Shown here: one piece after another, positions 28,501 through 42,848 of the stretch | How positions within the stretch are numbered: the first letter of the stretch is position 1 | Layout: each line of letters opens with the position of its first letter | NCBI RefSeq assembly: GCF_026210795.1 | Contig: NC_089434.1 | Span: 3,038,001 to 3,102,000 of the forward strand | Direction: 5' to 3' | Source: Rhizophagus irregularis | Lineage: Eukaryota | DNA length: 64,000 nt | Position numbers and translations under genes: made by a program | The notes under the pieces: model-generated | Database searches by the model: none | Told to the model about the DNA's origin: nothing | The model's input: the letters and a program-made list of their open reading frames with translations, nothing else

Positions 28501-29021
28501 GTTACCAGGATGGGTAAGTATTTTAGACATTGACATTTTCTGTTTAATCAATCATAATTATTTACATAATCATGTTTTAAATATTTTAGGGTTCATGGGG
28601 TGGCAAAGGAGTGAAGAAGCCAAAAAAGAAGAAACTTGTTTTAGCCAAGCCACTACCCGGAGGTATTGAAGCTTCCAAAAGAAAAGACGTGAAATTGCAA
28701 CACGTGATTATTAATGAGAAAAGGATTAAGAAGGTAAAAAATTTTTGTATATTATTGAATTTTTGTATATTATTGTTTTCCCAAATTTGATAACCAATCA
28801 ACACTTTATTCATATAGGCCAAGAAATATCTTTCTACGAATATCCCGCATCCTTTTGAAACCCGTGAACAATATGAACGAAGTCTTCGTACTCCTCTTGG
28901 CAAAGAATGGAATACTCAAGAAGTTTTCCAGAAAATAGTAACACCACGAATTATAACTAAAATGGGAACTGTTATCGATCCATTGAATGTACCCTTTCCT
29001 ACTAGTGATCTTGATGAATAA
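25501..29021 (+). CDS. UTP14: U3 snoRNA-associated protein 14 (SSU processome)
   Basis: KARRIAKIKSKTYRKI, RAQERMTLKHKNTSKWAK, LPGWGSWGG and PFETREQYERSLRTPLGKEWNT. Confidence 0.95.
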
Positions 29022-29260
29022 TGATATTTAACGTACAATTTCAACCGATTAGAAATCTTGATTATTTAATTACCAAGTTTTAATTGTTAATAATATAGTG
29101 TATTAATTTAATCATTTTAAATGGTTCTATTTATTTGGTATGGTAAATATTTTTTTTTTTGACTTTTTCTAATAATGGAAACGTCTCAAATTCGGCTTGA
29201 ACAAAAACAGTCTTAGGAAACTATATATTACATAATAAAAATGCTCCATCTGTACATGTT

Positions 29261-32200
29261 TCACCATAAATCCATTGCTCTTGGTCGATTTCTAACTCTG
29301 CTAGTATTAGACTTATTATTATTGTCATTTTTGGATTGTGGTGAAGTAGTTCGTTTTTCTTTTGAATGTATTAAAGATGGAGATGGTATTTCCCATTTCT
29401 TAGGTTTTATTGTTTCTATTTGTTTCTCTGAACGATTTTCAATTTTTTTATCATTCACCTCTTCCTTCGCTTTATCTAATGATTTTGTTATTTGATGATG
29501 ATGAGGATCTTTATCGCGATGATATTTTTCACTTCTATCATTATATCCATCTTCGTCTTCATGACGTTTCTTCTTACTATTTCTACGTCTTTCATCATCC
29601 CCGCTCTCTTCACATGATCTTTTGTTAGCTTTTTTCTCGTAACCTTTCGAGTGTTTCTTTTTCCTTTTCCTTTTTTCCGATTTATGTTTCTTAGATGATG
29701 AAACATGAGAATGTTTATGATGACTGTGTGAATATTTATGCTCACGACGTGATAAAGATTCGCCGGACTCTACTGATGACGAGCTATCATTTTCACTGGA
29801 TTTGGTTCGCTTTATAGATGGACCAATTATCGATTCATCATCGAATGACAATGATACTCGAGTCACATGATCTTTCTCTTTTCTTTTAGAATGTAAAGTC
29901 TGTGATTGCGATACTTCCGTTGATTCATTAGATTGTACCTTTTCTGCACGATCTGTTTTCTTTTTGAACATTGGTCGAAATGGTGTGCTAACTGCTTCTA
30001 CAGATTCCGATGAAACAGGCGGTGATTTTTTATCTTCTACCGCACTTATTGTCCCGATAACCATATTTGGTGGTTCCTGATAATAAATTTTAAAAATTAA
30101 TATTACTTTTGTACTTGCATGATAATTGGTCATTTACATAAAATTTATATTTGCTACCTTATGTTTTGGTGCTGCTTCTTCGTCTTCTGTATCTGATTCG
30201 CCAAATATAGATTTAAAAAGTTCCATAGCAGGCCTAGTTTTATGAACATCAACTTCCTTAACATCACCGCTTTCTGTAGATGTATTCAAAGATACGGCCT
30301 TATCCTCTTCGGTTTCTTTTTGACTCTTAGAATTAGTAAATCCCATAAAATTTTGCGAATCCTGCTTCTCAAGAATGTCATTCATTGTTTCTTTGCTTAA
30401 AATATCTTTTTGCCCTTTTTGAGTTTTTCCAGATTGATTATCATATTTATACTCGGGATGTGGATTCGCAACATTAAACCGCTTACATAAAAGACGACTA
30501 GGATAAAAACTTGTTCTAGTTCTTGTAAGAGGACCAAACATATTCATCCTAGCTGCAGTTTCAGCTGAAGATTCAGAAGACTCTAGAGGAACTTGAATTG
30601 CCTTGCGAATACCAGTGTCATCTTGATCTATTTGGGTTGGCTGCGCACTATCTTTTTCAGGTTGTCTGAAATCTTCCACAGATTTTGCACTGGTAAAACG
30701 AGATGCCATCATTTTTGACATTGGACGGAATATTCTCGCAGACTGCGCAAATTCGTCGAGTTCTTTGATATATTCCTCAACGGTAATCCCCTTAGGATTA
30801 AATAAACATATGTATCGTTAATGAATTAATGATACTAGAATTTAATTTCATTTAATATAAATAGTAAAATAATTTTACTTCGGTCTGTTTCAAAGGAATA
30901 GTACTCAATTCAGCCTGCACCTCCAAAAAGTGTTTGTATCTTGCTTGCTTTTTCTTATCACTTTCAAAAGGAATAAATCCTTGCAAAGCTGCTAATGCGA
31001 CGTCTTTATCTACTTTTGGAATTTCTACCTCACTGGGCTGTTTCTTCTTTACTTCACCTGTAGTATCAATCATATAACCAATTAGATTATCCAATCTATC
31101 CTTATCCTTTCGGGAGACATAATCAAACACAGAACGTGCTGGTGCACTCAGTGGAGTCTCTCCTAATAGTTCACCACGCTTTAAACGAGACATATTAGTT
31201 TTTATTACTTTTATATGAAAGAAGCGTACTGTATTTTACAGTATATATGTGAATACCTGTTCGGCTAATATAGCTAACGTTGTCTGCTTTTGTTTACCCT
31301 TTTGAAATAATTCTTGAGTATCTATCTTATTTATTTCTCCGGAAGGATTAAATTCATGCATAGGTACAAATCCTTGTGGAAGGATTGGCGGAGCAAACCT
31401 ATCAAAAATAAATTCATTATTATATAATAAATATTAAACAAAGCATAAATGAAATTTACCATTTATCAATCGGAACAGGACGTGATGCCAATACAAATCC
31501 TTGTAGAGGTAACCTCCCATCATGACATACTCCGTTTGAAAACTAGCATAATTGAGGCGGGAACAAAATTTAGTATTATAGTTCATAAGTTAAAATCTTA
31601 CAGATTTATGAAACAAAATGCCACCTTTTTTTCTCGATTTTTTTTAGAAGATAAATATTTAGATAATTTTTTTCCTCCCATGACTATTGTATCCTCATCG
31701 TCATCAATTAGTGATGTATGAAAATTTGACTTCGAAGTTTCACCATACAGAATTGCGTCGTCATCGTCATCTAATTCTTTTTTTGCAAAAAAAAAAAAAT
31801 TATTACGTTAGAATAACATGAGATAAATAATATAACTTGAATATCCTTACCTCGCGTATATAATGAATCTTGAAGCTTTTTGTGTTGAAGATAACTGTCA
31901 CCTAAATGAGGTTAATATGACTGTAGTACATTACATTCTGTTGAATTAGCTGCACTATCGAATACAATTAATTACCTTTAATGTTGCCTGAATGAGGGAT
32001 AAATTCAGTAGCATTCTTGAAAGGATCAAAATCAAGACCGAAAGTGTCATTTTTTTGGTCAAATTTTATTATTTGAGTATCCTTAGGAGCGAATAAGACA
32101 CTTTTATCAGATTCAATAAATTCTAGTTAAACAAGTATGAATGTAAGTTCTAAACTTATATTGAGTAAATTTATAAAAATTGTTGATTGCTTTACCTGTA

Positions 32201-33161
32201 TCTTCACTCTGAATCTTTGAAACACGAGGACCAATTCCCTGACCTTCCCGCCAACCCATTGCTTTTAATAATCGAACACCTATTAAAAAAAATGAAATAT
32301 GTAATCATTCATGTATTTGATGATGAATAAATTCAAAAAATAAAAAACTATATCATACCTACAGGCTCCTTATTAGGTAATACCAAATCATCAATAAATT
32401 TGTCTGGTAACGCACCCAACACACTTATAGTAAAACAAAAATATGTATATAAAATACGAAATATTAAAAAAATACTAATTCTTAATTTTAAATACCTGCC
32501 GCTTTCTTCCATAGAGCTAGCTAACATACGCTTCCTTTCTAATTCGCGTTCAGTGGAACCAAAGGAATCGAATTCATCAGTGGCAACAAGTTTTTGATTT
32601 TGTAACGATTCCTATACATTGAAATACAGTCATTAGTTCTTTAAGTAGACAACAAATAATCGGTATAATGTTTTGATATTTACCTCTAAATCTTCTTCAT
32701 CCATAAAATCTTCTGGTTTAAAATCTTTACGGTCTGATCTTTTATTTCGTGATGAAACAAATGTTGACGGCGTCCATCCTATAGCAAAGTAATAAGCATA
32801 TAAATTAATAAGATACAGATAATTGAAACCTAAAACTTTGCGGTATACCTTTTTTAGATCCGACCGTGTTAAAGTAGCCCGCGGACCACCCGCCTTTGAA
32901 AGCACCATGAAAACGCCTCAAGCCTTGTTCATCACGAACCTTTAGAAAAAAGAAAAAAATATATATATATAAATGTCAGAATAAGCTTTGAACCATGAAT
33001 TAAAGTAAAAGAATTTTCACCTCTTGCTTCCAAACAGGTTGAAATTTTCCCTTGTCTTGTTCATCCGTATCAGGAAGTTCTGTTCCATATATAACGAAAG
33101 TCTCATTAAAAGCATCGTCATCGTCTTCTATATGTTTAGGTTTCTTTTTATTAAAAGACAT
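29261..33161 (-). CDS. GPATCH1: G-patch domain-containing protein 1
   Basis: [41 protein letters not shown]-patch [30 protein letters not shown]; basic low-complexity tail. Confidence 0.9.
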
Positions 33162-34170
33162 TGTTATAATCTTGATCTTTTTAACGGGATAAATTTATAA
33201 CTGATCGTGACTATATGAATTTTCACCAATATCGTACCACCACCAAATTTTCACCCCACGTGACTTGTGTGTAGCGATCAATTAATTAATAAATTAGTAT
33301 TTTCATACTTGTTAAATAACTTTAAAATGGTAATATTATAAATATAAAAAATGCTTCTATTATAGAAAAAGAGCACTTACAGTATATGTATAACAAAATT
33401 CATATTAAAAATACATGAAAAGGTAAAAAAAGGAAGTATTAATATTTCTTAAATTTTTGTAAAAATTGATATTTACTGTTCTACATTTATTTTAAAGCAT
33501 AATTAACTAGATAAAATAGGCTAAGTAAAGTTGTTCAGCATATATGGAATTACTTAAATATTAATTTTTATCAAGCTGATTCAAATATTTATAATGTATA
33601 AATTTAGTATCTTTTACTAAAAATTATTTCTTTAAAAATAATGTTTGTTTATTTGTCTATTAAATGTATACTATTGTATATGTTTTTAATATATTATATA
33701 TCTCTATTTTTTTAATTAATTAATAATTTAAATTGGAGAATTGACTGCTACGCTAATCACTTGATTATTTTTCTAGCAGTAGAAGATAGCTGAAAGAAAA
33801 ACTTGGTTTTTCTTATCTTAAGACCATATAAGATAAAAGTAATTCTTTCAAAATTCATTTAAGCTAAAAATTTCCAGTTTTAAAGAAGCTATATATCAGA
33901 TATCAGAACTCATTCAGAAGTAATTCTCATTAAAGAAATTTTACTTCTGCAAAATTAAGCTTTTATCATATTTCTAAAAGTCATAATAGTTATATACTAG
34001 ATGACTTGACTTTAAATATTGCACTTGTGTATAATTGTTTTCCTATTAGTTTTCTTTTCTTTAAAAGGATTAATTAAAATTAAATTTAATAAAGTGAGAA
34101 GAATTATTTTCAAATGTATTTATTGTAAGGGCAATAACATATATTAACTAATATTTTAGGAGGTGGAGAA

Positions 34171-34435
34171 CAGGGACGATGATTTTTTGTGATCACAGAA
34201 TTTCACAGAAAATCACAAAATTTGGCTATAAAAATGTTGATAATTTTCAAGTTTTTGGCCTGATTTAGGATTTGAAATTATTATAATTCCGGCAGACACT
34301 AAATTTGGCCAGAATTTACGAATCGTAATGTTGGCCAACCTTGCATAATTCTGGCCAAATCACAAAATTTCACAAAATTTACTTTTATCACACACAAAAT
34401 TTACTTTATACCGCCACAAAAAATCATCGTCCCTG
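34171..34435. mobile_element. hAT-type MITE
   Basis: TIR cagggacgatgattttttgtg; 8-bp TSD GTGGAGAA. Confidence 0.92.
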
Positions 34436-34636
34436 GTGGAGAAGTAAAAGAAAATCTTAGGTTACACATAATATAAAATATGTGAAATAGTTTTGATTGG
34501 TCAGTAAATATTACTATTAAAATAATATTAGCTAATATATGTTACTACTCTAAAAGTAATAAATAATTAATATATTAAAGGGAAAATATTATTTTTCAAT
34601 TTTTTTTTCCAAAATAAATGTTATAATATATGCAAA

Positions 34637-34870
34637 AGGGATTCACCTACTACTAAGATATGTCACCGGTAGAAATTTTACTTTCATATGAAACCTTACT
34701 TTAGGATTTGCTTAAATTCTATTAATTAATTAAGCTAAAAAAGAAACTGAAAAAATCTACATGATAAAACTTGTAAAATTTTCTTTTATAGTAGGATCTT
34801 TAAAGAATTTTATATGTAAACTTTACCTTAAGTCACAGAGTGACTTATCTTAATAGTAGACGGAGTCCTA
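34637..34870. mobile_element. MITE of the TAGGAC-terminus class with probable 6-bp TSD
   Basis: TIR ..ctactactaagatatgtcac / gtgacttatcttaatagtag..gtccta. TSD TGCAAA. Sister copy at 46344-46569. Confidence 0.8.
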
Positions 34871-35940
34871 TGCAAAATAAATATTGTACCAATTAAATTC
34901 AGATGTCACAAAATCATGTGAGATAAAAAAATTTTATAGCAATACTGGGGTAGTTATGATTATCTTGCTGATCTTGCATCCCTAGAATATAAAGAATACA
35001 AATATGAAATTATTAGTAATATTTTATATAGTTATATTATGTTTTTAATTTATTAAATTGTATTATTATTGTATTATTATATATTATCTTTATTAAATAT
35101 AAATATATTGCAAAATTTTATTGATTTACATTCGATTTGTTAAAATATTTTTTTGTTACTAAATTTATTACAATTGTTATTTCTTTTAAATTTTAATTTG
35201 AAATTCATTACCCAATCTTTTAAAATTAATTTTTCTATCAGACTATTCGTATCTAATCAAAAAGTTTAATCAGCACCATCCTATTAAACTTTTGAGAATT
35301 TTTCGATTCTGCAATTTGAACTAGAAGCATTTATAAATATCAGTGATAAAGAAAAAGCTCACGAATAGTTTCAAACATTTGAATCTCATTCTAAAATAAC
35401 TATACCATAAATAAAAGGATATAGAATAAAGAGAAAAAAGGTGCTTTAAGAAAGAAATAACATTGTATACATGGAAATAAAGTTAAAAAAAATAAGGTAA
35501 TTATGAAACAAAATTTACACAGTTATCATTTAGAATACAAAATATTCATTATAGTGCAAGCATCAAAATTTGGCTAGAAAATTGGCATCTTGAGTCATAT
35601 AGCTAACCACTAGAAATTAGCATTAGATTTACATACAATCATGTGATAGATTTAGCTGAATCTTTAAGTTTTTGGCATATTAAAGAAGAAGTATGTGAAA
35701 GATTTCTAGAGTTGTTTAAAGATGGATATTTATCAGCTTCAGCAATATATACTTATGAAAATGAACTTCACATTACACAGAAAGTGATTAAAAGTTACTT
35801 AAAACACTTGCAGATTGAGCTATAAATTTAGACTATAGTTATGTTGTTAAACTTTTCTACAAATACCATAATAATATTTTTAGAAGTCGTAATGGCAAGA
35901 AAATATTCGAATGTTTAATAGAAGTAATTGATAATTATAA

Positions 35941-36882
35941 TAGTGCATATGGGCTGATTTGTTTACTCTGCATTAAAAAGAGTTATTGATTGATTTTCAC
36001 AATTTTTGTTACTCAAAATTGTTTTGTAATACCAAAAAATCATCTGATTGATGATCACTTGACTAAATAATAAGTTAAACAAAAATTTACATTTGTGAAA
36101 CTTAAATTATTAAATGTAAAAGAACTGTGAAAAAACCCATTTCACTAATAAAAAACCCATTTCTCATATATATGGAATTTTTAATATATATTATTAAAAA
36201 GTAAGTATATTTTAATAGAATATAAAGTAAAATAAAAATTTATATAGCCTTAGTAGCTATAAATGTTTATAAAAGTATAATAAAAATATCATATAAAAGA
36301 TGGTATCATAATAGATATTTTCAAACAATAAAAATAATTATTTTATGTCAAAGTTTGTATTACTATCTTTAAACGTAAATATATCAAGATTCACTGATCC
36401 GTTTTCTATAATTCTAGGCTCGTTGAAAAGCCCTTATTCTGGACTTTATAGGCGAAAAAAGAGCTCGCCGATTGAATCATTAGATCTGGAGATATTTACG
36501 TTTAAAGTTGAGGTACAAACTTTTTAACATGCTTAAATGCAAATATTTTGGGATCCACAGATCTATTTTGTATAAATTTAGACTCTTTGAAAAGCCCTTG
36601 ATCTGGTCTATATGAACAAAAAAAGAGCTTACCAATTGGATCACTGGATCTGGAGATATTTACATTTTAAGTTGAGATATAAATTTTTAACATATATAAT
36701 AAGTGCTAAGAATTATATTAATTTAAAAGAAATATTTACCAAATTATAGTATAATAACATTAAATAAAAATTTTTTAATACTCATTCCCAATTTACTGTA
36801 TATTATATAGTATTTTGTATAATAAAAATGTAATAAAATTAATATTTTAATTAAAGGTAAACAAATCAGCCTATATGCTTTA
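35941..36882. mobile_element. Non-autonomous TIR element carrying two direct copies of the palindromic module
   Basis: TIR gcatatgggctgatttgtttac / gtaaacaaatcagcctatatgc. Exact ends and TSD are unclear. Confidence 0.8.
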
Positions 36883-37142
36883 GGTAATAGTAGAGTAATT
36901 ATATAAAAATATAAAGCTCTTCATAAGTCAGCCTATAAACTAAAAGTACTTTAAAATATATTAGCTTGCAAACCTAGCTTGCAAAGAACTTTAATAATAT
37001 GTAAACTGGAAAGGCATTCATCCTTTGCATTATGACCAGTTTAATATGCCACATTTATGAAAAATTTCCAAGTGCTTAGTAACTTTACTATATAGACTTC
37101 TCTACTTCATTTAACTCTTTAAATATCTTAATTATGCTTTTA

Positions 37143-40040
37143 GGGGATGGCCAGAAATTACGTAATTTGATTTTTGAGTTTTTTACCCCCCCTCCCCCTC
37201 TGTCATCATTTCCAAATAAAGAAATCATACAATCACGTGATATGTTAAAAAGGTTTGACGACGTAAATATTTATCTCTCTTATTTATTTTATTGAACGCG
37301 TATATTTTATAAATTTAACAGTTTAAATAATGAATTTTATATTTTTGTTTCATAAATTCAATGTATTTTATTTATCATTAAGCATCTGTAATACATGATA
37401 ATTAAATGTAAAATTTCCTTATTTCTAAAGTTTTACTATTGAATTAATTATGTTTGTAATTTCGTGGCCTACTACTCTACCTCTTTTTGTTGTCTTTTCT
37501 TTTTGAAGTTCCTGTGAAGTATTATCATTTGAATTCTCGTTCTCATCATCTTGTGTACTTTCTGCATTATATTCATAATCCTGTTGCAAATATTTGGATG
37601 CTTCAATAACAACATTTATTGCTACTCTTTCTACTGGTATTCCCTTTCACCTGAATGAATTGTTTTAGTGTGTTGCTTTAGAAATGCTTTGGATGGGAAA
37701 TATCTAAAGCATTTTCGACATGTTAAACTGTGATATAAATCTGAAGTGATGCTAGGACAGTGCTCATCATAGCCCGGCAATTTTTCTCCAAAATACTCCA
37801 GAGTATGGATTAAATTTAAAAAATGTCCATCATGACCTTGTATAACGGGTGGTAAAAAGCCATTGTTTGCGGATAAAAGATTATGTATCTCCGGTGCACG
37901 TGGTTGTGCACAACAGTTTCGGTCTTTGCACTTCCTTATATCAAGAGAATACTTACAAATTTGTGCATGCCGATCAATCCAATCCCACGATCCCTTTTCT
38001 ATATCTAAAAAATCTGCCCGATCATGATCCTCAACGTATGTGGTAATAACTGGATGCCCATTGATATTATCCCGGCTCCAAAGTTCGCATAAACATTCAC
38101 CTGCATGTCTAAAATTATTACGTCCGAGATTCCTATCCGTAATTGTAATTTTTCCTTCAACACTTCCAAGATGGTTACCATACGTAAATGCATTTAACTC
38201 AACTCCAGCTAATTTTCCAGAAAGTGACGCCATACTCCTCTCTACTGGATTATAAGCTGACTGCCCTGGAGCATGGGTTCGGACCGTAAGATAATCAAGA
38301 TCAAGTTTCTTAAAAAGTAATAGATATTTTGTGATGTTGGCAAGGAATCGAGGGTTTTCGTCCAGTCCACCATCAGTTAATAAGTACCAAAATGGTTTTA
38401 CAGTATCTCCATTATGTGTAAACTCACGAAAATTTTCTTCTTTTGTTATTGACATGAGATCCACCATATGAGTTTCGCAAGACGTGCTTAAGAAATATTC
38501 CGGGCGAATAAAAATTCGCACTTTACCAGAGCGTAATGAATCGTTCGTATCGGAAGGATTTATCAACAGATAGACAGACGGAACTAATTTGTGCTTTGCG
38601 GCTTTAGGAAAGTCATGATCAGGAACGGATACCGGCTCATTCGTTGTTTGTATGGTCTTGAATGTCCTTCCAACAGCAGCCATTCCAAGTGGAACCTATC
38701 GAAACTTAAATTAGAATTTAAAATAATAAAATTAAAAGAGAAAATTTAAAAAAATATTTAAATACCTTAGCTTTATCATCTTGCGAAATTATTAAAACGT
38801 CTTGAGGAAAAGCCGTTGCAAACGACTTCACGCCTTTGACTGATGCCAGGCAGTAATGTTCGTCAACATGGCTATTCATTTCGTCTCTTCTAACAGCTGC
38901 AAAACGAATCTGCGCGGGATGATGATGGCGCTGTGCCTCTTTCGATCCTGGATGTTTGGGTTGCATATAATTTTGCAACGTGGATTTAGCCATATAAATA
39001 CCATAATCTTCGTCCATTTTTTCGCGAAAGTGCTTGATTGTACGCACTTTAATTATTTCTTTGCGTCGTTTATAATCTGCTGCTCCAAATTCAACACTCG
39101 CATGCATTTTTTCCAAAAGATCAGGATTTTTAATTAAAAATGACAGACGACCTGGTGTATCATACACTTCCACAATGTTTTCCTCTATATTTTCCTTCTT
39201 TTTCTTTCGTACTCGTTGCTGAGCTGCTGCATTGTTCCTCAACTTTTTAAGTCTATTTTCTTCTATTAATATTGTTTCCTCCAGCTTTTTAATACTTGAG
39301 ACGAATTGGGAACGAAGTTCGTGTGATGATGCTGTTCGTAATAGATTGTTGTATTCATACAAGTCAACTTTAGACTTTTGAATAATATCAAGCGATTTTT
39401 TTTGTGCTGTTGCATTTGACGAAGGTTGAATATTATCAAATAGTTCGGGAGGATTCTCTAAAGGTATTAAGGGTCGTTTTTGAGATTCTTTTTGAGATTC
39501 ACTTTGAGATTCTCCTACAGGTTCGTAAAAAGTGAAAGGGTAAGATCGAATGGGTGTACGTAGTAATTCAAAGATACGATTTTGAATATTTTCTTTATCT
39601 TCCTTTTTCACTTCTCGCCAACTATCTTGAGCTTGTTGGTGTAGTACTTTCTTGTTTGGTGTTTTATTGTGACTTTTTACCATTTCGCTGAATGCAAAGG
39701 CATTCACATATTGTTCATATAAATTTTTAGGACTTTGGATAAGGTAATTTTTGGAGTATTTCGGTTCTTTAAAATACGTTTGCTTCATTGCAGGAAAAGA
39801 ACAAACGTATTAAATCTTGCAAAGGCCGCATAGTTCACAATCTACATTTAATAATTATGTAAAATAATTATGTAAAGTTATTATGTAAAGAAAAATATTT
39901 CAAAGCATATGCTTTTTTTACTGTGAGAATATAATTGATGATTCATATACTAAAAATGGAAAATCAAAATCGTGTGTAACGTCATCACAGGTTGACCCCC
40001 CTCCCCCCTTTATTAAATTACGTAATTTCTGGCCATCCCC
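37143..40040 (-). mobile_element. Full-length DNA transposon, probably Zator superfamily
   Basis: Perfect 26-bp TIR GGGGATGGCCAGAAATTACGTAATTT; 3-bp TTA TSD; internal DDE transposase. Confidence 0.85.
37631..39788 (-). CDS. Zator-type DDE transposase with one intron (38696-38765) and a C-terminal C2H2 zinc finger
   Basis: Spliced SQDDKAK|VPLG; PDHDF; TDGGLDENPRF; APGQSAYNPVERSM; CRKC..FPSKAFLKQHTKTIH. Confidence 0.85.
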
Positions 40041-40813
40041 TTATATATAAGCTGTGTAGCAGGTGTGCTACCGCTTAAAGTATTAATTACATCAGATGAA
40101 TTAAAAATAACATTGAAAAAGATGGTAATTTTCCTATAATTCTTTTACTGGCAATTAAAATTTTTTTATAATAATAATAATAATATTCTTTTACAATCAG
40201 TTTAACTTGTTAAAGAATATTCTTCTTCCACATGTGTTCTATGAATGAGAACTTCAAGTCGAACCTATGGTATTTCTTACAGATGATTCAAGTATAGAAT
40301 GAAATGCCTTAGAGCTTTATTGATTGCAGAGAATACGTTTTTTGTACATGTTTCACATACTCCAGATATTTTAAAAATGGTTGTATAATTTAAAACATCA
40401 TATAAATAAAGATAATACTTATTATAAAGATGATGAAAAAAATTATTTATGCATCAACAGAACTGGAGATAGATAACCATTATCAAGAGTTTAACCATAA
40501 TTTTTTTTACTCATATCTTTAATTACAAAAGCACTTTATTCTTTTATAGAAACGGTATTAATTATAGGTTTTATCTTTCTGTTTGAAACTACCAATATGT
40601 GAAAATAATATGAACAATTATATTAAATGTAACTTTAAAATAATGAAGGGTATCATTTTTTCTAGAATCTAAGCATTTAATTCAATTCAAATCTTTTATT
40701 TTGTCACAAAAAATATGAACTGTTTTTACAAACTTAGGCTACTCAGAATCGTACACAAACATCTGGGACACACAATTGCAAAAAGATTCTTTTATCCAGG
40801 TTGACAGTGGATA

Positions 40814-41235
40814 GTATATATGAAGTCGAAATTAAAGCCCAAAAGTAGAAATATTTAGACTTAGGAAGGTCAAAAGTCGAAATTAAAGTCGAAATGGTCG
40901 AAATTACATCATAGTCATGTGATTTTTATAATTATAATTTAATATAAAATTTTAAACGTGAATAACTTCGTCAATATTGATGCTACAGATATGAAATACA
41001 TATCATTGGAATCCTCTCAATGAGCTGAATCCAACCGCGTACAGATCATAAAAATCGAATCACTGGATGCGGAGTTCGTTAACTTTGAATTTTAATATTA
41101 TTGTTTACTATAATATCATATGACCATGACGTAATTTTGACTATTTTGACTTTTGAAGAGGCTCAAGTCTAAATCATTTCAACCATTTCAACCATTTCGG
41201 AGGTCAAAATTAACCAATTTCAGTTTTATGTATAG
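40814..41235. mobile_element. MITE, inverted sister of 7349-7911, with a single internal unit
   Basis: Same termini and body as 7349-7911 in reverse complement. TSD TGGATA at 40808-40813 and 41236-41241. Confidence 0.88.
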
Positions 41236-41315
41236 TGGATAGTAGTTTTATTTAGCGAACAACTATTGAAAATGAATACTTAGTTTTGAGTTGGCATATT
41301 TTTATGTTGTAAATA

Positions 41316-42116
41316 CATCAGGAAATTTGTTTAGGCGTAATTTAGTGTAATATTTCGAAGGTGGTGTAAAATTTCGAAATATTACACTAAAAACGTAATA
41401 TTACAAAAGTTTATGCTCTTAAATTTAAATAATTATAGTAATTTAAGAATATTTCGCTATCTACTGATCCAATCAAGACGATCTATAGCTCATTGGAATC
41501 AGCTCATCAAGACGAATCGAATGGTGGTAAAATCGCATCTTTACGTTCAATAGATGGCTTTCTATTAATTTAAAACTTTATTGTATACTATAGAGCGTTC
41601 TATCAACTGTAGAAATGCGATTTTACTACCATTCGATTCGTCTTGATGAGCTGATTCCAATGAGCTATAGATCATCTTGATTGGATCAGTAGATAGCGAG
41701 ATATTCTTAAATTACTATAAGGCTGTTCCAATTTAATTGTTTGTTTAACGTCCAGATCTTTTGAAAAAATTAAGGGGGGGGGGCTTAAGTTAAACAAACT
41801 AAATAAATAAACATAGGAAAATTTGAAAATTTCAGGCAAAATTTAAAGGGAATATTTATTACTATATGTTTATTTGCTTTTAAATTTTTTCAAAAATAGA
41901 GGGGGTATTTAATAATATATGTTTATTAGATCTCAAATTTTTTAAAAAATAGAGGGGAGTGGGGGACGTTAAACAAATAATCAAATTGGGACAGCCTAAT
42001 TATTTAAATTTAAAAGCGTAAACTTTTGTAATATTATGTTTTTAGTGTAATATTTTGAAATTTTACACCACCTTCAAAATATTACACTAAATTACGCCTA
42101 AACAAATTTCCTGATA
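41316..42116. mobile_element. Fold-back MITE with TA TSD (Tc1/mariner-like)
   Basis: Long TIR catcaggaaatttgtttaggcgtaatttagtgtaatattt...; TA on both flanks. Confidence 0.88.
41721..41996. mobile_element. Nested MITE with GG...CC termini and TAA TSD (Harbinger/Zator type)
   Basis: TIR ggctgttccaatttaattgtttgtttaacgtcc / ggacgttaaacaaataatcaaattgggacagcc; TAA duplicated. Confidence 0.9.
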
Positions 42117-42513
42117 TACTGCTATTGGAATATGTAGTTATTCCATTAGAATGTTAGGCATACTATGCAAATATCAAGGAGTCATTTCTATAAAATTTCA
42201 CATTTTAAATTTCAATTTTCTATCTAAGGTAAGGTGCTTTACGAAACTAGCTATGACAATTGTCAAATTGAAACTAAGCTTGAAACATTTTATTAAAAAA
42301 TTAAAAATTTGCAAAACTGCGAAACTGACAAAACTGGTAAAACTGTGAAAGGTTTAGACATATTTTTATATATTAATTAATAAAGTTTACCATTTATTAT
42401 AATAAATTATATGATTTATATTAATTATTTAAATCATTATATATTTAAAATATATAGTAAATTTAACTAATAATCAGTTTTATAATTTTACTTTTTATAT
42501 ATTATTACTAGTA

Positions 42514-42711
42514 TAGTTAGATCTCTATATAGTTATTTAATTGGATTTTGCAAAAATTGGTAACTATATAAAGAATTTTACTATATGATGTGATTATAAA
42601 GATTTTTTTATATAATAATTATATAAATTGGTTTTTTCTAAAAGTATGATTATATGAAGAAATTTTATATGATGTGATTATATGAAGTGTAACTATATAG
42701 AGGTCTAACTG
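42514..42711. mobile_element. Tc1/pogo-type MITE with TA TSD
   Basis: TIR (c/t)agttaga(t/c)ctctatatagtta / taactatatagaggtctaactg. Confidence 0.8.
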
Positions 42712-42848
42712 TATTTATTAATAATTGTTAATTAATATTTAATATTTTATTTTAAATTTTATTAATTAAAGAGTTTAGACATAGTTTAGACATTTAGCCA
42801 TTGTTGAAACCTTTTGTCATAGTTTAAACTAGACTATTTCTATTTGTA

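Noticed and set aside
25440..29745. Antisense and alternate-frame ORFs over UTP14 and GPATCH1
   Set aside because: These are shadow ORFs caused by the biased codon composition of real exons.
17160..33161. RNA-processing gene cluster (CWC22, UTP14, GPATCH1)
   Set aside because: The genes are interspersed with unrelated genes, and nothing beyond chance proximity supports clustering.
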